Shown here in pieces: positions 25,613 to 39,312 of a stretch of DNA of 64,000 nucleotides (its first letter is position 1; the number at the start of each line of letters is the position of its first letter). The DNA lies in NCBI GenBank assembly GCA_009914755.4, contig CP068257.2:26432001-26496000 (forward strand). Reading direction: 5' to 3'. This stretch comes from the human T2T-CHM13v2.0 reference genome, Homo sapiens. The translations under genes and the position numbers were made by a program. The notes under the pieces were generated by a model. It made no database searches, had not been told where the DNA came from, and worked only from the letters and a program-made list of their open reading frames with translations.

Positions 25613-26972
25613 GTAGATGGGGGTGGGGGAGTGAGGGGAACCAGGCTTTTGGTTATGAACCTAATCTAACTTCCTGTGTGACATTAATGTAACTCTCTAT
25701 TGAAGAGTTTCTGTACTTTTGACTAAATCTCTCAACTAGAGCTATAATATTTCAAAATTTCCAGCTTTCTGACAAACTAGTTGAATAAGAGACCAGGTCT
25801 AAGAGCAGAGATGAGCTGTAGCCCTATGAGGAAAATGATCAAAATTTGGAAAATTGAATGTACTTAGAATAGTTGATTACAGATAGCTATATTCTTCCAA
25901 AATCTTCTTCAGTAAATAGACTTTTAGAATACAAATGTACTTTAAAACTTTCAATATATGTTTAGAATGATACAACAGAAATAAAAATCCTCATTCTTAA
26001 CTTTAGAAATTAAATTCAGATTAGAGGGGTATTAATTAATTTTTGAAATTTTTGAGTCAGGAAAACTTTAGCAAAAAACTAGTATCATTTTATCACAATA
26101 CAGATGAGGAACTTCAGCCTTAAAGATACTAAAATTTATGGCTAATGAATCAGGTCTAAAACCCAGATCTAATTACTTACCAGCTTATAACCAGAATCAA
26201 AATGTGTGTATTTATTATTTCTCCCCAATTCACACATTTTTACTATTCAATTTGTGGTTTATTTTTAACTTGTAGATAATTTGTTTTAAGATTAATAGTC
26301 TAGATATGAATATGCCTCTTTTAATAAGTATTTTAAACCTCAAAATATCATAACTATTTTATAATGCATCACAGTATTTAGGAGATTCTTTGAAGGGTTT
26401 CTAAAACAACTTTTATAAAAATAGTGATATTTGTGTTTATATCCACCTCCAAAACTACACGTTTGCTTATATTTCAGAATATTTTGAAAAGAAGAAATTT
26501 ATAATAAAAGTAGCTGCTGTTCACAGAACATCACTGTGTATCTGACAGTGAGTTGAACTCTTGAGGAATGTGTGTTTTATTATTAAATTCTCACAACTTA
26601 AACCATGTTAATCACTGTTCCTTCCATTTTACATAGGAGGAATCTGCATAGATTAGACGAAAAAGTTAAAAGGAGTATGAATGAAAAAACTACGTGTACA
26701 AGATGTCCAAGATGAACAAAACTATACAATAAAGTTCATTTCAATATACAACATGTATTATATTCAACAAGGCTCAAATTTTTTGATAAAAGGAAACAGA
26801 GACCTCTTTTTCTAGCAGGAAGATATTTTTCTTGGGATGTTTTGTTTATGCTGGCTTGAATAACACTATGGTGAATATCATAAGATTAATTCATTTTTAA
26901 CATCTCTGTAAAAGCCAAGGATGCAGTGTGTCCGTGGGGAATTTAAATCATACATTTTAACACACATATTAA

Positions 26973-27350
<378 letters not shown>

Positions 27351-27617
27351 AATTATAAGGATTTTTAATTAAGAAAATTAATTTTTTTAAATGTGACTTT
27401 TTATTTAATTCTTTGCTAAATTAACTGTATACGGGCCTACAAGAAAAATATTCTGTTTCCATTCAAAGTAAAATTATTTGTAAAATATTAAGCCTACTAA
27501 TAATGTCATCACCATTATTATTTTAAACAAAATAGGAGACTTGTGCAAAGACCACTCTCATCTAAAAGCCATGACCCAACTACCAATATGATTTTCTTTA
27601 AAAAAGAAATAAGAATG

Positions 27618-28254
27618 CTTTTACACTGTTGGTGACAGTGTAAATTAATTCAACCATTGTAGAAGACAGTGTGGTGATTCCTGAAGGATCTAGAACTAGA
27701 AATACCATTTGACCCAGCAATCCCATTACTGGGTATATACCCAAAGGATTATAAATCATTCTTCTATAAAGACACATGCACGTGTATGTTTATCGCAGCA
27801 CTATTTACAATAGCAAAGACTTGGAACCAACCCTAATGCCCATCAATGATAGACTAGATAAAGAAAATGTGGCACATATACACCACAGAATACTATGCAG
27901 CCATAAAAAAGAGTGAGTTCATGTCCTTTGCCGGGACATGGATGAAGCTGGAAACCACCATTCTCAGCAAACCAACACAGGAACAGAAAACCAAACACTG
28001 AATGTTCTCACTCATAAGTGGGAGTTGAACAATGAGAACACATGGACACAAGGAGGCGAACAACACACACCAGGGCCTGTCAGGGGGTGGGCGGCAAGGA
28101 CAGGGATAGCATTAGGAGAAATACCTAATGCATGTGGGGTTTAAAACCTTGATGACTGGTTGATAGATGCAGCAAACTCCCATGGCACATGTATACCTAC
28201 GTAACAAACCTGCACATTCTGCACATGTATCCTGGAACTCAGAGTAAAAAAAAA
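27618..28254 (+). mobile_element. L1 3'-end fragment (5'-truncated, about 640 bp) with A10 tail, L1PA-type
   Basis: CTTTTACACTGTTGGTG..TAAATTAATTCAACCATTGTAGAAGACAGTGTGGTGATTCCTGAAGGATCTAGAACTAGAAATACCATTTGACCCAGCAATCCCATTACTGGGTATATACCCAAAGGA.. ..CATGTATACCTACGTAACAAACCTGCACATTCTGCACATGTATCCTGGAACTCAGAGTAAAAAAAAAA, collinear with the last ~650 bp of primate L1. ORF 27938..28144 is the usual 3'-end pseudo-ORF. Confidence 0.85.
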
Positions 28255-29237
28255 ATTTTTTAAAAAGGACTTTGCTCTGCTTAGAAATGGGAATAATTAT
28301 GACAGAACAATATTAATGGAAAACACATGGTAGATATGAATGAACACTGTGAAACGTTAGGAAGCAGGGAATGAAAAATTGCCTCCTTGACAATAGTAAA
28401 ATTTCAACATGATCCCTGAGAACCATCAGATTTTTAAATAGCATTTTCTCCCCGCTACCCTGCATAGGGTTTGAGTTTCTAGCAGGCTCCTAGGCGATGC
28501 GAGTGCTGATGCACGAGGTCACACTTTCAATAGCAAGAGTACAGGCACCACTTAAAGTAACAATTCACATAGATCTGTTTATGACTTAAAAGTTAATAAA
28601 AGTGTTCTATAGGAATGCTAGGAAAGAAAGAAAGAAAATTCTAAAGAAAAAAATAATAATTCCTATAGTCTTCAAAGTCTGAAATAATCATTCCCATATG
28701 GAGGCATTTCCTTCCAATTATTTTTGTTTGTATATAGTTAACTAATAGTTACCTATTTTGACATCTAACTTTGTTACTTAAGAAACCATGGGCATTTTCC
28801 CCATGTAAATATTTTTTTCATAAAACACCTTAAGGCCAACAGAATATTTGGCCATTTAGTTATACCATAACTTATTAGCCCAGTTTCTCTCCTGTGAAAT
28901 ATTTCGATTATTTCCAGTGTCTTATTAGTATAAATAATATGTGGGTAAATAATTTTAAAATTTCTGATTATTTTCTTATAAAAGGTTTTCTAAGAGTTGG
29001 ATTACTTTGTCAAAGGATATGAATGGTTTAACACTCTTGAATTATATTGCATATGCTGAGTCTATCTCAGCATTATTGTTTTAAAAATATGCTTGTCAGT
29101 TGAATAAATGTAAACTAGTATTTTCACTTAGTTTATTTTATTACTAACATGCTTTTATCCATTTCAATGGCTCCTGTCCTGAGAACCAATTTATGTCTAC
29201 CAAATTGTTTCTTATTTTAACTCAATAATCATGTTAG

Positions 29238-29617
<380 letters not shown>

Positions 29618-30355
29618 TATTTATGTTTCTACCATGAAGAAAGTTTTGATTTTCACAGTGTTTTATATGTAGAAAGTCATTGCAAATTCAAAGCTGATTT
29701 TGTTATTTTATCTTAGATTATTGTGGTTTAAATTTTTTAAGTATGTAATCTAACTGTAATTGATCTTATTCATGTGTAGTTTGGACCTCATTTGATTTTG
29801 TTTCCAAGGTAAATTTTCAAACACATTTTGTTTAATAAGAAATATCTGCCTCATGAGTTTTGATGATTCTTAAATCATATATTAAAAATTTAGGAAAGCA
29901 GAAGTTGTCTCCGGACATTCTAATGGCTTTCACAATACATCTATAAATCATTGCGATGACAGGACACATTTAATTATGTCTAAAATATCTGGGGGTACAC
30001 TTCTTTAATTCCAACTTTTCTTCATCTACTTTATAACTTTAAAATAAAAAAGGATCATTCTTTCAGATGAATAACCATATTATGTTAAAAGTTAAGAGTC
30101 TCCTCAAGACTATGAGTGGCTTTAATGTCATATTTAAACGTCATGTGAGTTTCCTATTGCTATGTAATTAATTACTACAACGTTAGCAGCTCATAGGTCC
30201 CAAGTCCAGCACAGTGTGGTTGGGCTCACTGTTCAGGCTGAAGTCAACGTGACAGCAGGCTGTGTTGCTATCTGGTGTGAGGATTCTTTTCCAAGTTCAT
30301 TTCTGTTCTTGGCAGAATCAGTTCCTTGCAGCTGTCACACTAAAATCCTCTGTCG

Positions 30356-30381
30356 TTTTTTTTTTTTTTTTTTTTTTTTTT
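30356..30381. repeat. (T)26 homopolymer
   Basis: An uninterrupted T run with no adjacent Alu body, so it is not an Alu tail. Confidence 0.95.
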
Positions 30382-30485
30382 GCTGGCTGCCTACCATAAG
30401 TGTAAATTAATCTAGGAAAAAATAGGACACTTTAATAATATTTAGACCTTCATTAACTAGCTTAAGCAAAATTCAATATATTCCA

Positions 30486-30530
30486 AATTTTATATATATA
30501 TACACACACACATATATATATTCATAATTC
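30486..30530. repeat. (TA)n(CA)n(TA)n microsatellite
   Basis: TATATATATATACACACACACATATATATAT. Confidence 0.8.
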
Positions 30531-31254
30531 TTATAATCATGTTTGTACAGGTCTTTTATGTGTGCTGTACAGATTTGCTTATATTTTGCATTTGATTTGT
30601 GTACAGATATTTTAGTCTAAGTCATCAGTTATAAGAAAACTTCAGCATTTTCTCTCTTTCTTCTTATTCTCCTAATGCCTATCTGAAACCTTTTGGTAAT
30701 TCATTTGTTTTTAGTTAGCTATCTTTAGTTTTCTAATATTAATTAAAATGTCCTGAAATAGTTATTTGTTTGCAATACTTAAACATAATTAAATTTCATA
30801 ATGTAAAATATTAAAATATTAATATTATTAATATATTTAATAAATTTAATTAACTATAATAATAGTTATATTTTATAACCATCACATAATTATATTTACC
30901 AATGGCTACTGATTTCATATAGTTTTTCTTAACCATATTTCAAAAACTAACTTTCTAGTCCTACTTAAACCATTTTTTTCTTATGTTCTGCTTTGCTTTT
31001 TAATAGAAATGAGTATCTTTTTTTTACTTTCGACATCCATTGAAATGATCTTATAGGTTTTCCTTTAGAATTATTGGTGTTATAGTAGCAATTAATTTTC
31101 TAAAATTTAAAGCAAAAATAATAAAATGAACACTGTTTAAGTGTATAGTTGGATGCATTATGACAAATGCATAGATTTTTATACCCACTACACATTAAGC
31201 CTTTGTATACAATCCCCACTCTGTCATCCCAGCACCAGCAAACCAGAGATCTAC

Positions 31255-31740
31255 TCTTAAATATCCTATGAATGGAATCACACTATATGTACTGTCTTGT
31301 GAATGTCGTCTCTCTGTCCACATAATGCTAATGAGATTCATCCACGCAGTCGCATGCATGGGTAGTTCATTCTTTTTCAATAGGAAGCATTATTCCACAA
31401 TCTGCTTATTAACTCTCCTGCTGATAAACATTAGGGTTATTTACTGTCTTTTACTACGTTGTGTAAAGCTTCTAGGCAGCATCTTGTTCATGTCCTTGCG
31501 TGGAATTACATGGCTGTAGAGCAGGCATATGTTTAACCTTTCAAGAAATGGATTAATCTTCCAAAAGTAATTGTACCACTTTATACTCCCACAAGCAATG
31601 TATGAACGTTCCAGCTGCTCCACTTCCTAGCCAACACTTGGGATTGATAGTTGTTTTAATTTTAGGCATTCAAATGGGCATAGAATGATAGTTCAGGTTG
31701 CTTTGTAAGTATATTAGGGAAGCATCCAACTTACACTCGA
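31255..31740 (+). mobile_element. Ancient L1 (L1M-type) 3'-region fragment
   Basis: ..TATGAATGGAATCACACTATATGTACTGTCTTGTGAATG.. ..GTAATTGTACCACTTTATACTCCCACAAGCAATGTATGAACGTTCCAGCTGCTCCACTTCCTAGCCAACACTTGGGATTGATAGTTGTTTTAATTTTAGGCATTC.. is collinear with the old L1 block ..GTACCATTTTACATTCCCACCAGCAATGTATGAGAGTTCCAGTTGCTCCACATCCTCGCCAACACTTGGTATTGTCAGTCTTTTTAATTTTAGCCATTCTA.. Confidence 0.5.
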
Positions 31741-32039
31741 TGAGGTCAAGTAAGAATTTCTAAAGAAAAGAATATGTAAGAAGAATACTCAAACTGAAAG
31801 AAAACAATCTATTAATGTGTGATTCTTACTTAGCCATAGTGAATAGCTCTTCAGACATTTTTATTAAACTTGTTTTGGCACTATTTTGATTAGAAGTTTG
31901 CAGACTGGGTCTTTTGATTGTGCCAGTGTGTGCTTTTTAATGTGTCTATGTATGTTTACGTGGGTATTTAGACTTATGATAACTTCAAAAATGTATTTGA
32001 TAACTTTCCATTTTTTTGCAGAAATATTCTTTCATTAAT

Positions 32040-32400
32040 ATTACATGCTTATGGAACTTTACCTATTGATTAAAGGTGAATATTAATATTATTTATATAA
32101 TAAATTATAAAATATAATATGTATATTATAAATATTAATATAATATTCATAATAAATCAAATGGAATTTTATTATTATTTAAACAATACATTATTTTAAA
32201 TAATATATTTAAATAAAACATTATTTTTAATATTTAAATAAAACATTATTTTAAATAATATATTTAAATAAAACATTATTTTAAATAATATATTTAAATA
32301 AAACATTATTTTAAATAATATATTTAAATAAACAACATATTTCAATACAATATGTAATATTATTTTTAAATGATAATTGAGGCTCATAAAATTAGGCAGA
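32040..32400. repeat. Extremely AT-rich low-complexity block
   Basis: More than 85% A+T by eye, with multiple short internal repeats of AATATTA and TTTAAATAA motifs. Confidence 0.8.
32190..32345. repeat. 30-bp AT-rich tandem repeat (minisatellite), about 5 copies
   Basis: The unit TTAAATAATATATTTAAATAAAACATTATT occurs 3 times exactly plus 2 variant/partial copies. It gives the (YLNILFKIMF)4 artefact in ORF 32196..32387 (-). Confidence 0.85.
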
Positions 32401-32690
32401 ATAATAATTCTAGCAGTAGAAGGGCTTCAGTTTTTATTGATTTATGAGATAAAATCTTATATCCTTGTATATAAACTGTGGATGGAACACATCAAGACTT
32501 AAGCTCAAGTAAACTGTCAGTCACCAGTATAAAAAAAATGCTACTACGTATTGTGTTGTAGAATCTATAGCATACTTTATAATAGCTGCAAACCTATATT
32601 ATTTCAGGTTCTCATACTACAGCCCAAAGTATCCTAGGGGAAACTTTTGTGACCCCATTACTTTCCACTCCCAAAGGATATTTGCTAAAA

Positions 32691-32740
32691 TGATAATGAT
32701 GATGATGATGATGACGATGATGATGATGACGACAATGATT
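32691..32740. repeat. (GAT/ATG)n trinucleotide repeat, about 15 units with GAC variants
   Basis: GATAATGATGATGATGATGATGACGATGATGATGATGACGACAATGAT. Confidence 0.9.
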
Positions 32741-34057
32741 TGAACTTAATAGCTTTAGATTGACTTAATCTAAAAGTATTTCATAACATTATTTTACTGA
32801 TTTGGCCAGGACAAACTTTCATTTTGCCTCCCAGTAGTCTTCAGCAATTCAGAATATAGGATAGATTGTTGCCCAGATATGTTGTAGTCAAGACTGATTT
32901 AAATCTTTATAACATCTGATTGTATGAAATTAAATAAAAGCTTCCCCCAGACCCTAAAAGATCATTTTAGTAAACGGTGTAACTTTGGTGTCAGCATATG
33001 TAGTTATGCAATAAAGAGAACAAATTATAATTCCATAATCTCTCTCCGGAGTTAGGTGAATAACCACATCTGTGGTATAGGGAATGGAAAGATTACTTTC
33101 AATCTATTCTAAAGAAACTCTGCTCTAAAATATATCAAGCAAAAGTAAAATAAATTAATAGTTGATTATCATTCATTCAATAAAGCTGGTGTATAATTAG
33201 CAATCTACCTGAAATTTCCCCGAGGCATATTCTATGTGTTGCTGTTAGCATTATAAAAGTGTTACAATAAAGGATGCTGAAAAGAAATTTTCTTCCTTCT
33301 TTTAGACATCTACCCCTGGAGAAAGAGCCCAATGAGAAGTAATCTCTGAAGCCCAGATTTCCTAAGGATGAAGCTTCAGGAGAGGCCTTATCAATCCTGA
33401 CAACAAACTTTTCTCGTCAATTTAGTTTCATTTAATGGAAGTTTTAAATGTGTAAAGTTCAGAAGGCTATTAAAATTGGTTCCAGCTATCTAAGATACAC
33501 ACACAACCACACATGCGCACACACGGTAGAGATAAATATGTTCGAAAATCCAGCTCAATGTTACTAGAAAATTTGATCAGAATCTGGTGAAATAAATAGT
33601 AAACTTACTAAAAATGCCAAATATCCCAGAAGCTGCTTAACATTTGATCAAAAGCTCTGTCCAGTCAATTCCTGCTTCTTTCAAAAATACTCTGCTGAAA
33701 AGCCAAAGGAGAAATGGGGCTGGTACCTTCAATATAGAGAATTCCAAGTAAGATTAGATCCCAGAAGGCTTAGTGTGGCTTTCTAGGACTCTCACTATTA
33801 GGCAGTAACCTACCATTCACCTCTGTTTCCCAGATTCACCTTGTTATACCTTATAACTTAAAATATAAATTCCAACAATGTACTGCACTCAAAAAAATTA
33901 TTTCTCAATTTGTTTGCTCATACTATTGATTTTTTTCTAGAATCTAAATAATTGTGAATTAACTATGATAGCAGTATGCACAAACAGTAAGTGAAATCAG
34001 ACCTATTAATTCTGAGAGGAAGGAGGTGTCAGGATTTTCACAGAAGAAGAGCACTAA

Positions 34058-34387
<330 letters not shown>

Positions 34388-37300
34388 CTAACAGGAGCAA
34401 TAAAAATTAGAGCTAAAAATAATTTCATGAAGCAAAATATTCAAAGAAGATGAAGAATGAATAAAGACAATTGATCTGGTAATTCACAAGCCAAGCTTCA
34501 GTAAGTGGTAGGATAGACGCTGATTTTTAAGTGTAAAATGAGCAAATTATGCTGAATAAAGAAAATTATTTAAAAATTGTCAAGAAATAACTAGAGACCC
34601 AGGGAAGACAATTTTCATTTTAAGGCTTAATAATGTTTGCAGACTGAAGGAAAAGATGCAGTGGAGGATGAGAGACCTTAGCAGGGGATTAAAATAGTGG
34701 AGCATTTTTGTGGCAATGCCATTCAATAAGAAGACAGCATTGGAAAGAAGAGAGACATTTATTCCTCCTAGGTAGGAAGCAAAAAGTAGAAATTTGTAAA
34801 GAAAAAAGTATTGGGAGATAAAGAAGAATCACAGGTGTAATCCTGAACATCCTAAATCAAAATTATTGTTTATGTATTTCTCCTTCCAGAAATGAAACTT
34901 GTAATAGACGATCTGTGGCTTAATAACCTTCTATCTCCAGCACCTGACGTATGGCAGGTCTCTCTATATATAATTAAGATATGGATCTATGGAGGTACAA
35001 TAATTCTTGTTATATGAATCACTATTCCTGAAGTTGGAGTATATTGGCTCATCTGGGAATAGGGAAATTGGCAGTTAGTTGAGAGACCATTGGAACACCT
35101 GCTGAAAGAAACGTGATAATGATTCAAGGGGAGGAAAAAAAAAAAAAAAGAAAACCAAGTGAGGAATGACCACAATAACACTAACTTGAAGTGGATGCAG
35201 TCGGCATATTTTTGAAAATGTTTTAAATCAACAACTTCTATTTGGAGAGCAGATGTAATTACACCAGACAGCAGAGATAATAAATAAATATCAGTGCAGT
35301 CACAGTGGTGTGGCCGGAGTATCAGTGCCTCGGTTGCTATGGGCAGCAGAAGACACAGATGCCTCTGGCATCCTAGCTGGCAATGAAGAAAAATAAACAC
35401 AGAATTAGGCTTCAGGTTAGAGAATAACAGAATAATAGAGGTTAGGATTTAGACAGAAAAAAACAGGCTTGCTGGAGTTATGGAAGTGGGAGAGACGAAA
35501 CAAGTGAAAAAGAACTTCTCTTCTTGTAATTTCTCATGTTCAAGGAAAGGAAATGTCAGCATTCAAAATTGCAGAGAATGAGAAAACAAATGTGATGATT
35601 TTGATCAAGGTCATGTTTATGCCGGTGATTAACAGATAAAATGAAGAGTCCTTGGCATCATAGGAGGGACTCTGAGCCAGAGTGCTAAAAGGACCATCTA
35701 CTTAAATGATGGAGTTCATAATAAGATTGGAGTGGAGAAAAATTATGAAGCAAGTACTCAGAAAATGAGAATGTTAGGAGGTTACAGGTTGATGGCTTTA
35801 AGGATGGAGAGAATATACGTTATGATAAACATAAAAAAGTGGATGGTGGAACAAAAGTTGCCTGAAATTGGCAGCTGTGAGTAATTAATCTTTAACATCT
35901 CTTCCTTACTTAAGTAGAAAAAGGGCCTCCATCAAAATGGTAGTGAGAATTTTATCCATCAGAGACAACACACTTTCAGTTGCAGATGAGACATGGAAAA
36001 TATTCTCACACAAAATGTGGTCAAGAAAAGGAGTAATAGTACTTATTTTTCTAATTGAATACATAATAATATTAATATACATTATCTGTAAATATTCATA
36101 TTGATCATGGGAGAGGTAATCAGAATATATAATATTGACAGCTGAATTGAAATTAATATATTTTTCTAAAAAAATGAGATTATGGGTAATGAACCAATAT
36201 TGGCTAGGTGAAAATTGTCTAGTTTTTACAACTAGAAATGCTTCCTCTCAAACACTTATCAAAATCACAGGTGTATTTTAGGCTGCTATATTTGCCAAAT
36301 GAAAACAGGATACTGACATTCATACACACAAACATGCAAGCATATGCTGAAATTTTCATTCCAGATGTCTACAAAAGAGAACAGATAATACGAAGTTCGT
36401 TACCTATTTCAAGTTACCTCTGAGATTCCTTACGCTGAAGACAAATATTCTATTAAAAAAGAGTCCTTAAATAGGCCATAAGAACCCGAATCCTTTCATA
36501 AAGAGTGAAAGAGTATGGTTATTTTTGATAACAATTATTATCAAAATAAATTATTTTTACTTCTAAATTAGTACTGATTACATCTGAAGGTTTTTGTTTC
36601 TCTGATACCAGGATTTAAAATTATTTCAGAAAGCATGATTAGTTTTAGTGTCTGTAGATCTTTGCTGTCAGTGAATTAAAGTATTTTTGAAAAAGGAATA
36701 TGTATTCCTGAAAAGTGATCTATACTTTATAGAAAATTACCTATTTGTGTAAATATAGGAAAACAGCTCTAACATTAAAATATGTGCATCAATTGGATTC
36801 AGAGTGTTGCATGAGGTTTCAACTTTAAAGAAGTATTTATAACATTTGGAGAAACAAAATTAACAAGAAAAAGTAAAACCAAAATATTAAAAATAAAGGT
36901 AATATTCCTCATCAGAAAATAAGAAAAAAATACCAACAATTGTGGTAATACCAAAGTGATTTTAAAAATACATTTTTTTTTTTTGTTCATTGGTTGTCTT
37001 GTTCAATTCAGTCAAACATAAGCCAACAAGATAAGACTCCACATAGATCTTTTTAAGTTACCAAGTGTTGTGTGTGCCGCTCTAACTGTCCATGGTTTCT
37101 GTTTTTTCTACTAAAATTCTAGCATACTAAATTCTGTATGGTATTTTTTCTAGCATTATCTCTGGAAAATTAGACCAGTGACTAATACAATTACTCTTTT
37201 AGTTTTCATAGATTTGACTATATGTCTGAGCCTGGAGTTGTTTGCGTTTATTCTATTTCGGAGTCACTCAGTTTCCTGAGTCTATAGATTAGTTTTTCAC

Positions 37301-38957
37301 CAAATTTGGGAAGTTTTCAGTCATTATTTCCTCAAGTAATTGTTAAGCCCCATATCCTTTTTCCTCTCATTCTAGGACTGCAGTGACACAAACATTAACT
37401 ATGTCATTATTGCTCCAGAAGTCTTTGAGGCTCAGTTTTTTTTTTTCTTATCTGTTTTCTCTCGTTGTTTAGATTGGGTAATCTCTACTAATCTACCTTA
37501 AATCTTACTGATCCTTTCCTCTGTCATTTCCATTTTGTGATTTTGTCCATATGCTGAGATTGCTATTTGGAATATTTTTACAGTACCTTGTTTAACATTC
37601 TTGCTCAATAATTTTAACATTTGTATCATCTTAGTGTTATAGTCTATTGATTGTCGTTTCTTACTTGATTTGAGATTCTCCTAGTCCTTAGTATGTCAAG
37701 TGACTTTGGACTATAATTTGGACACTACATGTATTATGACGTAAGACTAAAGTTATTACTTCGATCTTTTACTTAAGTGGGTATTCCACCTGTTTAGTTT
37801 CAAAATACATGTCCTAGCTCACTTTTGTTAGCTATTGTTCAAATTTCAATTTGGTTTCTAAATCCCCTGGAGTCCAGTATCCCCCAGTCACAGTTGTATG
37901 TGACTCAGGTGACAGGACTCTGCCCCACAATCTTCTCATCATGGACTGGGGAGACAGAGGAAAATTACTTCACTGCCACAGAGGATGGTGGAATTCAGAG
38001 TTCCAGGCACATGTCCATAGGGAAATGGCACTTACACATTAAAACTGGTCAGAAATGAATGGCAGAGTGACACCCACAGGCTTCAGTAGATAGCGGTGCC
38101 TCCTGATACTGGGATGGGGTGGAGAACAGGCTTACGCCCCATATCTCTGCAGGGATGGTGAGACTGCCTGAATACCATGGAAGAGGGAGATGGAAGTCTG
38201 AGCTGTGCACATAAGCTCCACTGGGGAGAGGTACAACCCAGTTACTGCAGAAGAAGGGAGAAAGTCAGAGGGGTCATAGTCTCTACGGGGAAGGAAGGCC
38301 ATCTCATTCCTGCAGAAGGTGGGTAGATGTGAGTTCCACCCACAACCTCCATGGTGGGGGGATGCTACCTCCTTACTCCAGGAAGAGGGTGGAAGACAGG
38401 GTTCTATCCCCAGTCCCACAGTTATAGCACTCATTGAGGTGGAGATAGAACACATTTTTTTTCATAGTATTCCTCTTGAAGAAAGATAAGTATGGTTAAA
38501 ATATTTCTGCTATGCTGGGTTACCCTTTTTCCTGGTACTTTCACTAGAGACAGATGATACAGAAGAGAAAGGGTGGGAGGGGGGGAGAGATATAGACCAC
38601 AAAGAAAAATAGAAAGGTGAATAATTCCTGATAATATTAGATGAGGTTATTTATTAAGACCTACTTTACACATTTACTACAAGGTATAATTGACAAAAGG
38701 TAAAGATCATTTGTAATGAGAAACTTTCTGCCGCTTGTATAATACAGTGTCTGTACTTTCACCAATAGCTTCTCTATTTAACATTATGTGGTTCTAAATA
38801 ATCTTTCAAAACACATACTAACCTGTTTCTCTGTAATATCATCTCACAGACAGATTTAAGGATAAGTTAAGTGTTTTAAAAATCTATTTATATTAAATTA
38901 TATAAGAATGGAGGCAGGAAGACAGAGCTTGGAACATTATCTACAATTAGTGTCTTA

Positions 38958-39312
38958 TATTGCCATGGTCAGAATGTTTGTGTCCTCCCCCAAATGTATA
39001 TGTTGAAACCTAATTCCTAAATTTGATGGGGTTTAGGGAAGTGATTTGGTTATAAAGGTAGCAACTGTCATGAATGGAATTAGTGCCTTTATATGGGGCT
39101 GAAGATACCAGAGTTCTTCCCTTCTACTCTGTCAGGAGATAGCAACAAGCTGGCTATCTGCAACCCAGAAGAAGGCCTTCACCAAAACTCAACCATGCTG
39201 GCATTCTAATCTAGAACTTCCAGCCTCCAGAGCTGTGACAAATAAATTTCTATTATTTATAGGTCATCCAGTCTATGGCATTTTGTTATAACAGTCCAAA
39301 CTGACTAAAACA
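38958..39312 (+). mobile_element. MaLR-type solo LTR (MLT1/MST-like)
   Basis: TGCCATGGTCAGAATGTTTGTGTCCTCCCCCAAATGTATATGTTGAAACCTAATTCCTAAATTTGATGGGGTTTAGGGAAGTGATTTGG..CATGAATGGAATTAGTGCCTTTATA.. ..CCAGCCTCCAGAGCTGTGACAAATAAATTTCTATTATTTATAGGTCATCCAGTCTATGGCATTTTGTTATAACAGTCCAAACTGACTAAAACA. Its architecture parallels THE1/MLT1 LTR consensus structure. Confidence 0.55.

Noticed and set aside
30356-30381. (T)26 considered as the tail of an unrecognised SINE.
   Set aside because: No Alu or other SINE body is adjacent on either side. It is treated as a plain homopolymer.
32190-32345. Regularly spaced 30-bp direct repeats. Checked as a possible CRISPR-like array.
   Set aside because: The repeats are directly abutting with no unique spacers, are 100% AT-rich low complexity, and sit in eukaryotic repeat-rich DNA. 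This is a minisatellite, not a CRISPR array.
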